From Mobula hypostoma (taxonomy: Eukaryota), in the NCBI RefSeq assembly GCF_963921235.1, contig NC_086104.1:115072001-115136000 (forward strand): a stretch of DNA of 64,000 nt, written 5' to 3'. Both the position numbers and the translations under genes were made by a program. Shown piece after piece: positions 11,851 through 25,422 of the stretch. Each line of letters begins with the position of its first letter. The first letter of the stretch is position 1. The notes beneath the pieces were generated by a model. The model had not been told where the DNA came from. It saw nothing but the letters and a program-made list of their open reading frames with translations, and searched no databases.

Positions 11851-14800
11851 AGTAGGTTTGACAGTGTGTTTGTGGACAGTACGGGTGAGAGTGTACAAAT
11901 GGAAAGTACATGTAACACTCTGCATGTGGACAGTACATGTGATTGTGTGCATGTGGACAGTACGTGTGACAGTGTGCATGTGGACAGTACGTGTGAGAGT
12001 GTACAAGTGGAAAGTACATGTAACACTCTGCATGTGGACAGTACATGTGACTGTGTGCATGTGGACAGTACGTGTGAGAATGTGCATGTGGACAGTACGT
12101 GTGACAGTGTGCATGTGGACAGTACGTGTGACAGAGTGCATGTGGACAGTACATGTGAGAGTGTGCATGTGGACAGTACGTGTGACAGTGTGCATGTGGA
12201 CAGTACGTGTGACAGAGTGCATGTGGACAGTATGTGTGAGAGTGTGCAAGTGGTCACTGTGTATGACAGTGTGCATGTGGACAGTATGTGTGAGAGTGTA
12301 CAAATGGAAAGTACATGTAACACTCTGCATGTGGACAGTACATGTGACTGTGTGCATGTGGACAGTACGTGTGAGAGTGTGCATGTGGACAGTACGTGTG
12401 ACAGAGTGCATGTGGACAGTATGTGTGAGAGTGTGCATGTGGACAGTACGTGTGACAGAGTGCAAATGGACATTACGAGTGAGAGTTTGCCTGTGGACAG
12501 TATGTGTGAGAGTGTGCATGTGAACAGTATGTTTGACAGTGTACATGTGGACAGTACGTGTGAGAGTGTGCATGTGCACAGTACGTTTGCAGTGTGCCTG
12601 TGGACAGTACGTGTAGGAGTGTGCAAATCGACACTGAGTATGACTGTGTGCATGTGGACAGTATGTGTGACAGTGTGCATGTGTACAGTACGTGTGACAG
12701 TGTGCATGTGCACAGTACGTTTGACAGTGTGCATGTGGACAGTATGTGTGACAGTGTGCCAGTGGACAGTACGTGTGGCAGTGTGCATGTGTACAGTACG
12801 TGTGACAGTGTGCATGTGGACAGTACGTGTGGCAGTGTGCATGTGGACAGTATGTGTGACAGTGTGCATGTGGACCATACGTGTGACAATGCACGTGGAC
12901 AGTATGTCTGACTGTGTGCATGCGGACAGTACGTGTGACACTGCACGTGGACAGTATGTCTGAGAGTGTGCATGAGGACAATACGTGTAACAGTGTGCCT
13001 GTGGACAGTACGTGTGAGAGTGTCCATGTGGACAGTACGTATGACAGTGTCCATGTGGACAGTACATGTGACAGTGTGCAAATGGACAAGACGTGTGAGA
13101 GTGTGCATGTGGACAGTACATATAACAGTGTGCATGTGAACAGTATGTTTGACAGTGTACATGTGGACAGTACGTGTGAGAGTGTGCATGTGCACAGTAC
13201 GTTTGCAGTGTGCCTGTGGACAGTACGTGTGGGAGTGTGCAAATCGACACTGAGTATGACTGTGTGCAGTGGACAGTAGGTTTGACAGTGTGCATGTGGA
13301 CAGTACGTGTGACAGTGTGCATGTGGACAGTACATGTGACTGTGTGCATGTGGACAGTACGTGTGACAGTGTGCATGTGGACAGTACGTGTGAGAGTGTG
13401 CATGTGGACAGTACGTGTGACAGTGTGCATGTGGACAGTACGTGTGAGAGTGTGCATGTGGACAGTACGTGTGACAGTGTGCATGTGGACAGTATGTGTG
13501 AGAGTGTGCATGTGGACAGTAGGTTTGACAGTGTGCATGTGGACAGTACGTGTGACAGTGTGCATGTGGACAGTACGTGTGACAGTGTGCATGTGGACAG
13601 TATGTGTGAGAGTGTGCATGTGGACAGTATGTGTGACAGTGTGCATGTGGACAGTATGTGTGAGAGTGTGCATGTGGACAGTATGTGTGAGAGTGTACAT
13701 GTGAACAGTACGTGTGACAGTGTGCATGTGAACAGTACGTGTGACAGTGTGCATGTGGACAGTATGTGTGAGAGTGTGCATGTGGACAGTACGTGTGACA
13801 GTGTGCATGTGGACAGTATGTGTGAGAGTGTGCATGTGGACAGTATGTGTGACAGTGTGCATGTGGACAGTATGTGTGAGAGTGTGCATGTGGACAGTAT
13901 GTGTGACAGTGTGCATGTGAACAGTACGTGTGACAGTGTGCATGTGGACAGTATGTGTGAGAGTGTGCATGTGGACAGTATGTGTGAGAGTGTACAAATG
14001 GAAAGTACATGTAACACTTTGCATGTGGACAGTACATGTGACTGTGTGCATGTGGACAGTACGTGTGAGAGTGTGCATGTGGACAGTATGTGTGACAGTG
14101 TGCATGCGGACAGTATGTCTGAAAGTGTGCATGTGGACAGTATGTGTGAGAGTGTGCATGTGGACAGTACGTGTGACAGAGTGCATGTGGACAGTATGTG
14201 TGAGAGTGTGCATGTGGACAGTACGTGTGACAGAGTGCATGTGGACAGTATGTGTGAGAGTGTGCATGTGGACAGTACGTGTGACAGAGTGCATGTGGAC
14301 AGTATGTGTGAGAGTGTGCATGTGGACAGTATGTGTGAGAGTGCGCAAGTGGACATTACGAGTGAGAGTTTGCCTGTGAACAGTATGTTTGACAATGTAC
14401 ATGTGGACAGTACGTGTGAGAGTGTGCATGTGCACAGTACGTTTGCAGTGTGCCTGTGGACAGTACGTGTAGGAGTGTGCAAATCGACACTGAGTATGAC
14501 TGTGTGCATGTGAACAGTATGTGTGACAGTGTGCATGTGAACAGTATGTGTGACAGTGTGCATGTGGACAGTAGGTTTGACAGTGTGCATGTGAACAGTA
14601 CGTGTGACAGTGTGCATGTGGACAGTACATGTGGCAGTGTGCATGTGGACAGTATGTGTGACAGTGTGCATGTGGACCATACGTGTGACAATGCATGTGG
14701 ACAGTATGTGTGGCAGTGTGCATGTGGACAGTATGTGTGACAGTGTGCATGTGGACCATACGTGTGACAATGCATGTGGACAGTATGTGTGGCAGTGTGC

Positions 14801-17800
14801 ATGTGGACAGTATGTCTGACTGTGTGCATGCGGACAGTACGTGTGACACTGCACGTGGACAGTATGTCTGAGAGTGTGCATGAGGACAATACGTGTAACA
14901 GTGTGCCTGTGGACAGTACGTGTGAGAGTGTCCATGTGGACAGTACATGTGACAGTGTGCAAATGGACAAGACGTGTGAGAGTGTGCATGTGGACAGTAC
15001 ATATAACAGTGTGCATGTGAACAGTATGTTTGACAGTGTACATGTGGACAGTACGTGTGAGAGTGTGCATGTGCACAGTACGTTTGCAGTGTGCCTGTGG
15101 ACAGTACGTGTGGGAGTGTGCAAATCGACACTGAGTATGACTGTGTGCATGTGGACAGTACGTGTGACAGAGTGCATGTGGACAGTATGTGTGACAGTGT
15201 GCATGTGGACAGTACATGTGACTGTGTGCATGTGGACAGTACGTGTGAGAGTGTGCATGTGGACAGTACGTGTGACAGAGTGCATGTGGACAGTACGTGT
15301 GACAGTGTGCATGTGGACAGTACATGTGACTGTGTGCATGTGGACAGTACGTGTGAGAGTGTGCATGTGGACAGTACGTGTGACAGTGTGCATGTGGACA
15401 GTACATGTGACTGTGTGCATGTGGACAGTACGTGTGAGAGTGTGCATGTGGACAGTACGTGTGAGAGTGTGCATGTGGACAGTACGTGTGACAGTGTGCA
15501 TGTGGACAGTACGTGTGACAGTGTGCATGTGGACAGTACGTGTGACAGTGTGCATGTGGACAGTACGTTTGAAAGTGTGCATGTGGACAGTATGTCTGAG
15601 AGTGTGCATGTGGACAGTACATGTGAGAGTGTGCATGTGGACAGTACGTGTGAGAGTGTGCATGTGGACAGTACGTGTGACAGCGTGCATGTGGACAGTA
15701 TGTGTGACAGTGTGCATGCGGACAGTATGTCTGAGAGTGTGCATGTGGACAGTATGTCTGAGAGTGTGCATGTGGACAGTACGTGTGAGAGTGTGCCTGT
15801 GGACACTACATGTGAGAATGTGCAAATGAACACTGCGTATGACAGCGTACATGCCAACAGTACGTGTGACAGTGTGCATGCCAACAGTACGTGTGACAGT
15901 GTGCATGTGGACAGTACGTGTAATAGTTTGCATGTGGACAGTATGTGTGACAGTGTGCCTGTGGACACTACATGTGAGAATGTGCAAATGAACACTGCGT
16001 ATGACAGCGTACATGTGGACGGTACGTGTGACACTGCACGTGGACAGTATGTCTGAGAGTGTGCATGTGGACAGTACGTGTGACAGTGTGCATGTGGACA
16101 GTACGTGTGAGAGTGTGCCTGTGGACAGTACGTGTGACAGTGTGCCTGTGGACAGTATGTGTGAGAGTGTGCATGTGGACAGTATGTGTGAGAGTGTACA
16201 TGTGAACAGTACGTGTGACAGTGTGCATGTGGACAGTACGTGTGACAGTGTGCATGTGGACAGTACGTGTGAGAGTGTACATGTGAACAGTACGTGTGAC
16301 AGTGTGCATGTGGACAGTACGTGTGACAGTGTGCCTGTGGACAGTACGTGTGAGAGTGTGCATGTGGACAGTACGTGTGAGAGTGTGCATGTGGACAGTA
16401 TGTGTGACAGTGTGCATGTGAACAGTACGTGTGACAGTGTGCATGTGGACAGTATGTGTGAGAGTGTGCATGTGGACAGTATGTGTGACAGTGTGCATGT
16501 GAACAGTACGTGTGACAGTGTGCATGTGGACAGTATGTGTGAGAGTGTACAAATGGAAAGTACATGTAACACTTTGCATGTGGACAGTACATGTGACTGT
16601 GTGCATGTGGACAGTACGTGTGAGAGTGTGCATGTGGACAGTATGTGTGACAGTGTGCATGCGGACAGTACGTGTGACAGAGTGCATGTGGACAGTATGT
16701 GTGAGAGTGTGCATGTGGACAGTACGTGTGACAGTGTGCATGCCAACAGTACGTGTGACAGTGTGCATGTGGACAGTACGTGTAATAGTTTGCATGTGGA
16801 CAGTATGTGTGACAGTGTGCATGTGGACAGTATGTGTGAGAGTGTACAAATGGAAAGTACATGTAACACTTTGCATGTGGACAGTACATGTGACTGTGTG
16901 CATGTGGACAGTACGTGTGAGAGTGTGCATGTGGACAGTATGTGTGACAGTGTGCATGCGGACAGTATGTCTGAAAGTGTGCATGTGGACAGTATGTGTG
17001 AGAGTGTGCATGTGGACAGTACGTGTGACAGAGTGCATGTGGACAGTATGTGTGAGAGTGTGCATGTGGACAGTACGTGTGACAGTGTGCATGCCAACAG
17101 TACGTGTGACAGTGTGCATGTGGACAGTACGTGTAATAGTTTGCATGTGGACAGTATGTGTGACAGTGTGCCTGTGGACACTACATGTGAGAATGTGCAT
17201 ATGAACACTGCGTATGACAGCGTACATGTGGACGGTACGTGTGACACTGCACGTGGACAGTATGTCTGAGAGTGTGCATGTGGACAGTATATATAATAGT
17301 GTGCATGTGGACAATATGTGTGAGAGTGTGCATGTGGACAGTATATATAATAGTGTGCATGTGGACAATATGTGTGACAGTGTGCATGTGGACAGTACGT
17401 GTGACAGTGTGCCTGTGGACAGTACGTGTGACAGTGTGCCTGTGGACAGTACATGTGACTGTGTGCCTGTGGACAGTACGTGTGAGAGTGTGCATGTGGA
17501 CAGTACGTGTGACAGTGTGCATGTGGACAGTATGTGTGAGAGTGTGCATGTGGACAGTATGTGTGAGAGTGTACATGTGAACAGTACGTGTGACAGTGTG
17601 CATGTGGACAGTATGTGTGAGAGTGTGCATGTGGACAGTATGTGTGACAGTGTGCATGTGAACAGTACGTGTGACAGTGTGCATGTGGACAGTATGTGTG
17701 AGAGTGTGCATGTGAACAGTACGTGTGACAGTGTGCATGTGGACAGTACGTGTGAGAGTGTACATGTGGACAGTATGTGTGAGAGTGTGCATGTGGACAG

Positions 17801-20800
17801 TATGTGTGAGAGTGTACAAATGGAAAGTACATGTAACACTTTGCATGTGGACAGTACATGTGACTGTGTGCATGTGGACAGTACGTGTGAGAGTGTGCAT
17901 GTGGACAGTATGTGTGAGAGTGTGCATGTGGACAGTACGTGTGACAGTGTGCATGTGGACAGTACGTGTGAGAGTGTGCATGTGGACAGTACGTGTGAGA
18001 GTGTGCATGTGGACAGTACGTGTGACAGAGTGCATGTGGACAGTATGTGTGAGAGTGTGCATGTGGACAGTACGTGTGACAGAGTGCAAATGGACATTAC
18101 GAGTGAGAGTTTGCCTGTGGACAGTATGTGTGAGAGTGTGCATGTGAACAGTATGTTTGACAGTGTACATGTGGACAGTACGTGTGAGAGTGTGCATGTG
18201 CACAGTACGTTTGCAGTGTGCCTGTGGACAGTACGTGTAGGAGTGTGCAAATCGACACTGAGTATGACTGTGGGCATGTGGACAGTATGTGTGACAGTGT
18301 GCATGTGTACAGTACGTGTGACAGTGTGCATGTGCACAGTACGTTTGACAGTGTGCATGTGGACAGTATGTGTGACAGTGTGCCAGTGGACAGTACGTGT
18401 GGCAGTGTGCATGTGTACAGTACGTGTGACAGTGTGCATGTGGACAGTACGTGTGGCAGTGTGCATGTGGACAGTATGTGTGACAGTGTGCATGTGGACC
18501 ATACGTGTGACAATGCACGTGGACAGTATGTCTGACTGTGTGCATGCGGACAGTACGTGTGACACTGCACGTGGACAGTATGTCTGAGAGTGTGCATGAG
18601 GACAATACGTGTAACAGTGTGCCTGTGGACAGTACGTGTGAGAGTGTCCATGTGGACAGTACGTATGACAGTGTCCATGTGGACAGTACATGTGACAGTG
18701 TGCAAATGGACAAGACGTGTGAGAGTGTGCATGTGGACAGTACATATAACAGTGTGCATGTGAACAGTATGTTTGACAGTGTACATGTGGACAGTACGTG
18801 TGAGAGTGTGCATGTGCACAGTACGTTTGCAGTGTGCCTGTGGACAGTACGTGTGGGAGTGTGCAAATCGACACTGAGTATGACTGTGTGCAGTGGACAG
18901 TAGGTTTGACAGTGTGCATGTGGACAGTACGTGTGACAGTGTGCATGTGGACAGTACATGTGACTGTGTGCATGTGGACAGTACGTGTGACAGTGTGCAT
19001 GTGGACAGTACGTGTGAGAGTGTGCATGTGGACAGTACGTGTGAGAGTGTGCATGTGGACAGTACGTGTGAGAGTGTGCATGTGGACAGTACGTGTGACA
19101 GTGTGCATGTGGACAGTATGTGTGAGAGTGTGCATGTGGACAGTAGGTTTGACAGTGTGCATGTGGACAGTACGTGTGACAGTGTGCATGTGGACAGTAC
19201 GTGTGACAGTGTGCATGTGGACAGTATGTGTGAGAGTGTGCATGTGGACAGTATGTGTGACAGTGTGCATGTGGACAGTATGTGTGAGAGTGTGCATGTG
19301 GACAGTATGTGTGAGAGTGTACATGTGAACAGTACGTGTGACAGTGTGCATGTGAACAGTACGTGTGACAGTGTGCATGTGGACAGTATGTGTGAGAGTG
19401 TGCATGTGGACAGTACGTGTGACAGTGTGCATGTGGACAGTATGTGTGAGAGTGTGCATGTGGACAGTATGTGTGACAGTGTGCATGTGGACAGTATGTG
19501 TGAGAGTGTGCATGTGGACAGTATGTGTGACAGTGTGCATGTGAACAGTACGTGTGACAGTGTGCATGTGGACAGTATGTGTGAGAGTGTGCATGTGGAC
19601 AGTATGTGTGAGAGTGTACAAATGGAAAGTACATGTAACACTTTGCATGTGGACAGTACATGTGACTGTGTGCATGTGGACAGTACGTGTGAGAGTGTGC
19701 ATGTGGACAGTATGTGTGACAGTGTGCATGCGGACAGTATGTCTGAAAGTGTGCATGCGGACAGTACGTGTGAGAGTGTGCATGTGGACAGTATGTGTGA
19801 CAGTGTGCATGCGGACAGTATGTCTGAAAGTGTGCATGTGGACAGTATGTGTGAGAGTGTGCATGTGGACAGTACGTGTGACAGAGTGCATGTGGACAGT
19901 ATGTGTGAGAGTGTGCATGTGGACAGTACGTGTGACAGAGTGCATGTGGACAGTATGTGTGAGAGTGTGCATGTGGACAGTACGTGTGACAGAGTGCATG
20001 TGGACAGTATGTGTGAGAGTGTGCATGTGGACAGTATGTGTGAGAGTGCGCAAGTGGACATTACGAGTGAGAGTTTGCCTGTGAACAGTATGTTTGACAA
20101 TGTACATGTGGACAGTACGTGTGAGAGTGTGCATGTGCACAGTACGTTTGCAGTGTGCCTGTGGACAGTACGTGTAGGAGTGTGCAAATCGACACTGAGT
20201 ATGACTGTGTGCATGTGAACAGTATGTGTGACAGTGTGCATGTGAACAGTATGTGTGACAGTGTGCATGTGGACAGTAGGTTTGACAGTGTGCATGTGAA
20301 CAGTACGTGTGACAGTGTGCATGTGGACAGTACATGTGGCAGTGTGCATGTGGACAGTATGTGTGACAGTGTGCATGTGGACCATACGTGTGACAATGCA
20401 TGTGGACAGTATGTGTGGCAGTGTGCATGTGGACAGTATGTGTGACAGTGTGCATGTGGACCATACGTGTGACAATGCATGTGGACAGTATGTGTGGCAG
20501 TGTGCATGTGGACAGTATGTCTGACTGTGTGCATGCGGACAGTACGTGTGACACTGCACGTGGACAGTATGTCTGAGAGTGTGCATGAGGACAATACGTG
20601 TAACAGTGTGCCTGTGGACAGTACGTGTGAGAGTGTCCATGTGGACAGTACATGTGACAGTGTGCAAATGGACAAGACGTGTGAGAGTGTGCATGTGGAC
20701 AGTACATATAACAGTGTGCATGTGAACAGTATGTTTGACAGTGTACATGTGGACAGTACGTGTGAGAGTGTGCATGTGCACAGTACGTTTGCAGTGTGCC

Positions 20801-23800
20801 TGTGGACAGTACGTGTGGGAGTGTGCAAATCGACACTGAGTATGACTGTGTGCATGTGGACAGTACGTGTGACAGAGTGCATGTGGACAGTATGTGTGAC
20901 AGTGTGCATGTGGACAGTACATGTGACTGTGTGCATGTGGACAGTACGTGTGAGAGTGTGCATGTGGACAGTACGTGTGACAGAGTGCATGTGGACAGTA
21001 CGTGTGACAGTGTGCATGTGGACAGTACATGTGACTGTGTGCATGTGGACAGTACGTGTGAGAGTGTGCATGTGGACAGTACGTGTGACAGTGTGCATGT
21101 GGACAGTACATGTGACTGTGTGCATGTGGACAGTACGTGTGAGAGTGTGCATGTGGACAGTACGTGTGAGAGTGTGCATGTGGACAGTACGTGTGACAGA
21201 GTGCATGTGGACAGTAAGTGTGACAGTGTGCATGTGGACAGTACGTGTGACAGTGTGCATGTGGACAGTATGTCTGAGAGTGTGCATGTGGACAGTACAT
21301 GTGAGAGTGTGCATGTGGACAGTACGTGTGAGAGTGTGCATGTGGACAGTACGTGTGACAGCGTGCATGTGGACAGTATGTGTGACAGTGTGCATGCGGA
21401 CAGTATGTCTGAGAGTGTGCATGTGGACAGTATGTCTGAGAGTGTGCATGTGGACAGTACGTGTGAGAGTGTGCCTGTGGACACTACATGTGAGAATGTG
21501 CAAATGAACACTGCGTATGACAGCGTACATGCCAACAGTACGTGTGACAGTGTGCATGCCAACAGTACGTGTGACAGTGTGCATGTGGACAGTACGTGTA
21601 ATAGTTTGCATGTGGACAGTATGTGTGACAGTGTGCCTGTGGACACTACATGTGAGAATGTGCAAATGAACACTGCGTATGACAGCGTACATGTGGACGG
21701 TACGTGTGACACTGCACGTGGACAGTATGTCTGAGAGTGTGCATGTGGACAGTACGTGTGACAGTGTGCATGTGGACAGTACGTGTGAGAGTGTGCCTGT
21801 GGACAGTACGTGTGACAGTGTGCCTGTGGACAGTACATGTGACTGTGTGCCTGTGGACAGTACGTGTGAGAGTGTGCATGTGGACAGTACGTGTGACAGT
21901 GTGCATGTGGACAGTATGTGTGAGAGTGTGCATGTGGACAGTATGTGTGAGAGTGTACATGTGAACAGTACGTGTGACAGTGTGCATGTGGACAGTACGT
22001 GTGACAGTGTGCATGTGGACAGTACGTGTGAGAGTGTACATGTGAACAGTACGTGTGACAGTGTGCATGTGGACAGTACGTGTGACAGTGTGCCTGTGGA
22101 CAGTACGTGTGAGAGTGTGCATGTGGACAGTACGTGTGAGAGTGTGCATGTGGACAGTACGTGTGAGAGTGTGCATGTGGACAGTATGTGTGACAGTGTG
22201 CATGTGAACAGTACGTGTGACAGTGTGCATGTGGACAGTATGTGTGAGAGTGTGCATGTGGACAGTATGTGTGACAGTGTGCATGTGAACAGTACGTGTG
22301 ACAGTGTGCATGTGGACAGTATGTGTGAGAGTGTACAAATGGAAAGTACATGTAACACTTTGCATGTGGACAGTACATGTGACTGTGTGCATGTGGACAG
22401 TACGTGTGAGAGTGTGCATGTGGACAGTATGTGTGACAGTGTGCATGCGGACAGTACGTGTGACAGAGTGCATGTGGACAGTATGTGTGAGAGTGTGCAT
22501 GTGGACAGTACGTGTGACAGTGTGCATGCCAACAGTACGTGTGACAGTGTGCATGTGGACAGTACGTGTAATAGTTTGCATGTGGACAGTATGTGTGACA
22601 GTGTGCATGTGGACAGTATGTGTGAGAGTGTACAAATGGAAAGTACATGTAACACTTTGCATGTGGACAGTACATGTGACTGTGTGCATGTGGACAGTAC
22701 GTGTGAGAGTGTGCATGTGGACAGTATGTGTGACAGTGTGCATGCGGACAGTATGTCTGAAAGTGTGCATGTGGACAGTATGTGTGAGAGTGTGCATGTG
22801 GACAGTACGTGTGACAGAGTGCATGTGGACAGTATGTGTGAGAGTGTGCATGTGGACAGTACGTGTGACAGTGTGCATGCCAACAGTACGTGTGACAGTG
22901 TGCATGTGGACAGTACGTGTAATAGTTTGCATGTGGACAGTATGTGTGACAGTGTGCCTGTGGACACTACATGTGAGAATGTGCATATGAACACTGCGTA
23001 TGACAGCGTACATGTGGACGGTACGTGTGACACTGCACGTGGACAGTATGTCTGAGAGTGTGCATGTGGACAGTATATATAATAGTGTGCATGTGGACAA
23101 TATGTGTGAGAGTGTGCATGTGGACAGTATATATAATAGTGTGCATGTGGACAATATGTGTGACAGTGTGCATGTGGACAGTACGTGTGACAGTGTGCCT
23201 GTGGACAGTACGTGTGACAGTGTGCCTGTGGACAGTACATGTGACTGTGTGCCTGTGGACAGTACGTGTGAGAGTGTGCATGTGGACAGTACGTGTGACA
23301 GTGTGCATGTGGACAGTATGTGTGAGAGTGTGCATGTGGACAGTATGTGTGAGAGTGTACATGTGAACAGTACGTGTGACAGTGTGCATGTGGACAGTAT
23401 GTGTGAGAGTGTGCATGTGGACAGTATGTGTGACAGTGTGCATGTGAACAGTACGTGTGACAGTGTGCATGTGGACAGTATGTGTGAGAGTGTGCATGTG
23501 AACAGTACGTGTGACAGTGTGCATGTGGACAGTACGTGTGAGAGTGTACATGTGGACAGTATGTGTGAGAGTGTGCATGTGGACAGTATGTGTGAGAGTG
23601 TACAAATGGAAAGTACATGTAACACTTTGCATGTGGACAGTACATGTGACTGTGTGCATGTGGACAGTACGTGTGAGAGTGTGCATGTGGACAGTATGTG
23701 TGACAGTGTGCATGCGGACAGTATGTCTGAAAGTGTGCATGTGGACAGTATGTGTGAGAGTGTGCATGTGGACAGTACGTGTGACAGAGTGCATGTGGAC

Positions 23801-24656
23801 AGTATGTGTGAGAGTGTGCATGTGGACAGTACGTGTGACAGTGTGCATGCCAACAGTACGTGTGACAGTGTGCATGTGGACAGTACGTGTAATAGTTTGC
23901 TTGTGGACAGTATGTGTGACAGTGTGCCTGTGGACACTACATGTGAGAATGTGCAAATGAACACTGCGTATGACAGCGTACATGTGGACGGTACGTGTGA
24001 CACTGCACGTGGACAGTATGTCTGAGAGTGTGCATGTGGACAGTATATATAATAGTGTGCATGTGGACAGTACGTGTGACAGTGTGCATGTTGACAGTAC
24101 GTGTGACACTGTGTATGTGGACAGTATGTGTGACAGTGTGCCTGTGGACAGTACGTGTGAGAGTGTGCATGTGGACAGTACGTGTGACAGTGTGCATGTG
24201 GACAGTACGTGTGACAGTGTGCCTGTGGACAGTACGTGTGAGAGTGTGCCTGTGGACAGTATGTCTGAGAGTGTGCCTGTGGACAGTACGTGTGACAGTG
24301 TGCCTGTGGACAGTACATGTGACAGTGTGCCTGTGGACAGTACGTGTGACAGTGTGCATGTGGACAGTACGTGTGACAGTGTGCCTGTGGACAGTATGTC
24401 TGAGAGTGTGCATGTGGACAGTATGTGTGAGAGTGTGCATGTGGACAGTACGTGTGAGAGTGTACAAATGGAAAGTACATGTAACACTCTGCATGTGGAC
24501 AGTACATGTGACTGTGTGCATGTGGACAGTATGTGTGACAGTGTGCATGTGGACAGTACGTGTGACAGTGTGCATGTGGACAGTATGTGTGAGAGTGTGC
24601 AAGTGGAGAGTACGTGTGACACTGTGTATGTGGACAGTACGTGTGACAGTGTGCAT
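11851..24656. repeat. 27-bp minisatellite, right arm (~475 units) with higher-order repeats
   Basis: Same consensus as the left arm. Rare variant markers recur at offsets of 5624-5786 bp. Confidence 0.97.
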
Positions 24657-25422
24657 CTGCTCTGTATCTGCTCTTTCCGCTCATCAATATCTCCTTTAAG
24701 GGTCTCTCATTCCTACAATTCTCTACACCTCCAAGATCTGCGTTAATTGCAGTGTTGGATATTGTTCTCTGTGCACCCTAAGCAGCAGTATGTATGAGAA
24801 GCAAAGCCATGCTTCTGGTTGCAGTCCCTTGACAACTCCACTCTTCGCTTCACTATGGTCGAAGCTTACAACCTCACTGAGACATTGTTGTAATCAGGAA
24901 TTTTGTTGTCTGTTTTATATTCCATAAATCCTTCCATAAAACATTCACCTCTGAAATTAGTATTGCTACCCTTTGTAAATGCTGAGTAGTGTTTGAACTG
25001 AGTGTCACTCTGAGACCACTGAATCTTCTGCTTCTTATTGACAAATTTGAAACCACTGGGCACCTTTGATCCCAGTCCAAAGTTGATTGGTTGGTGAGGT
25101 CCTCCTGATGCCATTATCATGGCCTTTTCCAACCCCTACTGCCACAGGGTGCCATGGAGAGACCCTCTAGAGCTCTGGATTTGCCCATCAGGGAAATGTG
25201 TTGGATGGGTCATGATGTTATTGCCAGAGAACAAGTCATGGAACATACATATAAAGAGCAAGGTCAGCGTATTTCCACAATTGTCTTTTGCTGTGATATC
25301 CAATCTCTGTATGCAACACAAACGATGCCCGGATTCCCATCCCTGCATGATTGAATCAAGAGATTCCAGAACCTACAAAGTCTTGTCTTTCCAATGTCAA
25401 ATATTCTTCCATCTCTCCCCAG

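Noticed and set aside
5387-24746. Giant His/Cys/Thr-rich ORFs (up to 2235 aa) as novel metal-binding or structural proteins
   Set aside because: They overlap in five of six frames because the 27-bp consensus has a stop in only one frame. They lack unique domains and splice signals, and frames switch at random indels.
25238-25262. ATG..MEHTYKEQ G|gtcagc as the leader exon adjacent to the V exon
   Set aside because: It is phase-compatible but entirely hydrophilic, so it cannot be a signal peptide. 3827-3872 fits far better. It is not excluded as a minor alternative first exon.
25119-25422. N-terminal ~100 aa of ORF 25119-25796 as coding
   Set aside because: It lies upstream of a strong acceptor at 25421-25422 and has no Ig or signal features; it is open by chance.
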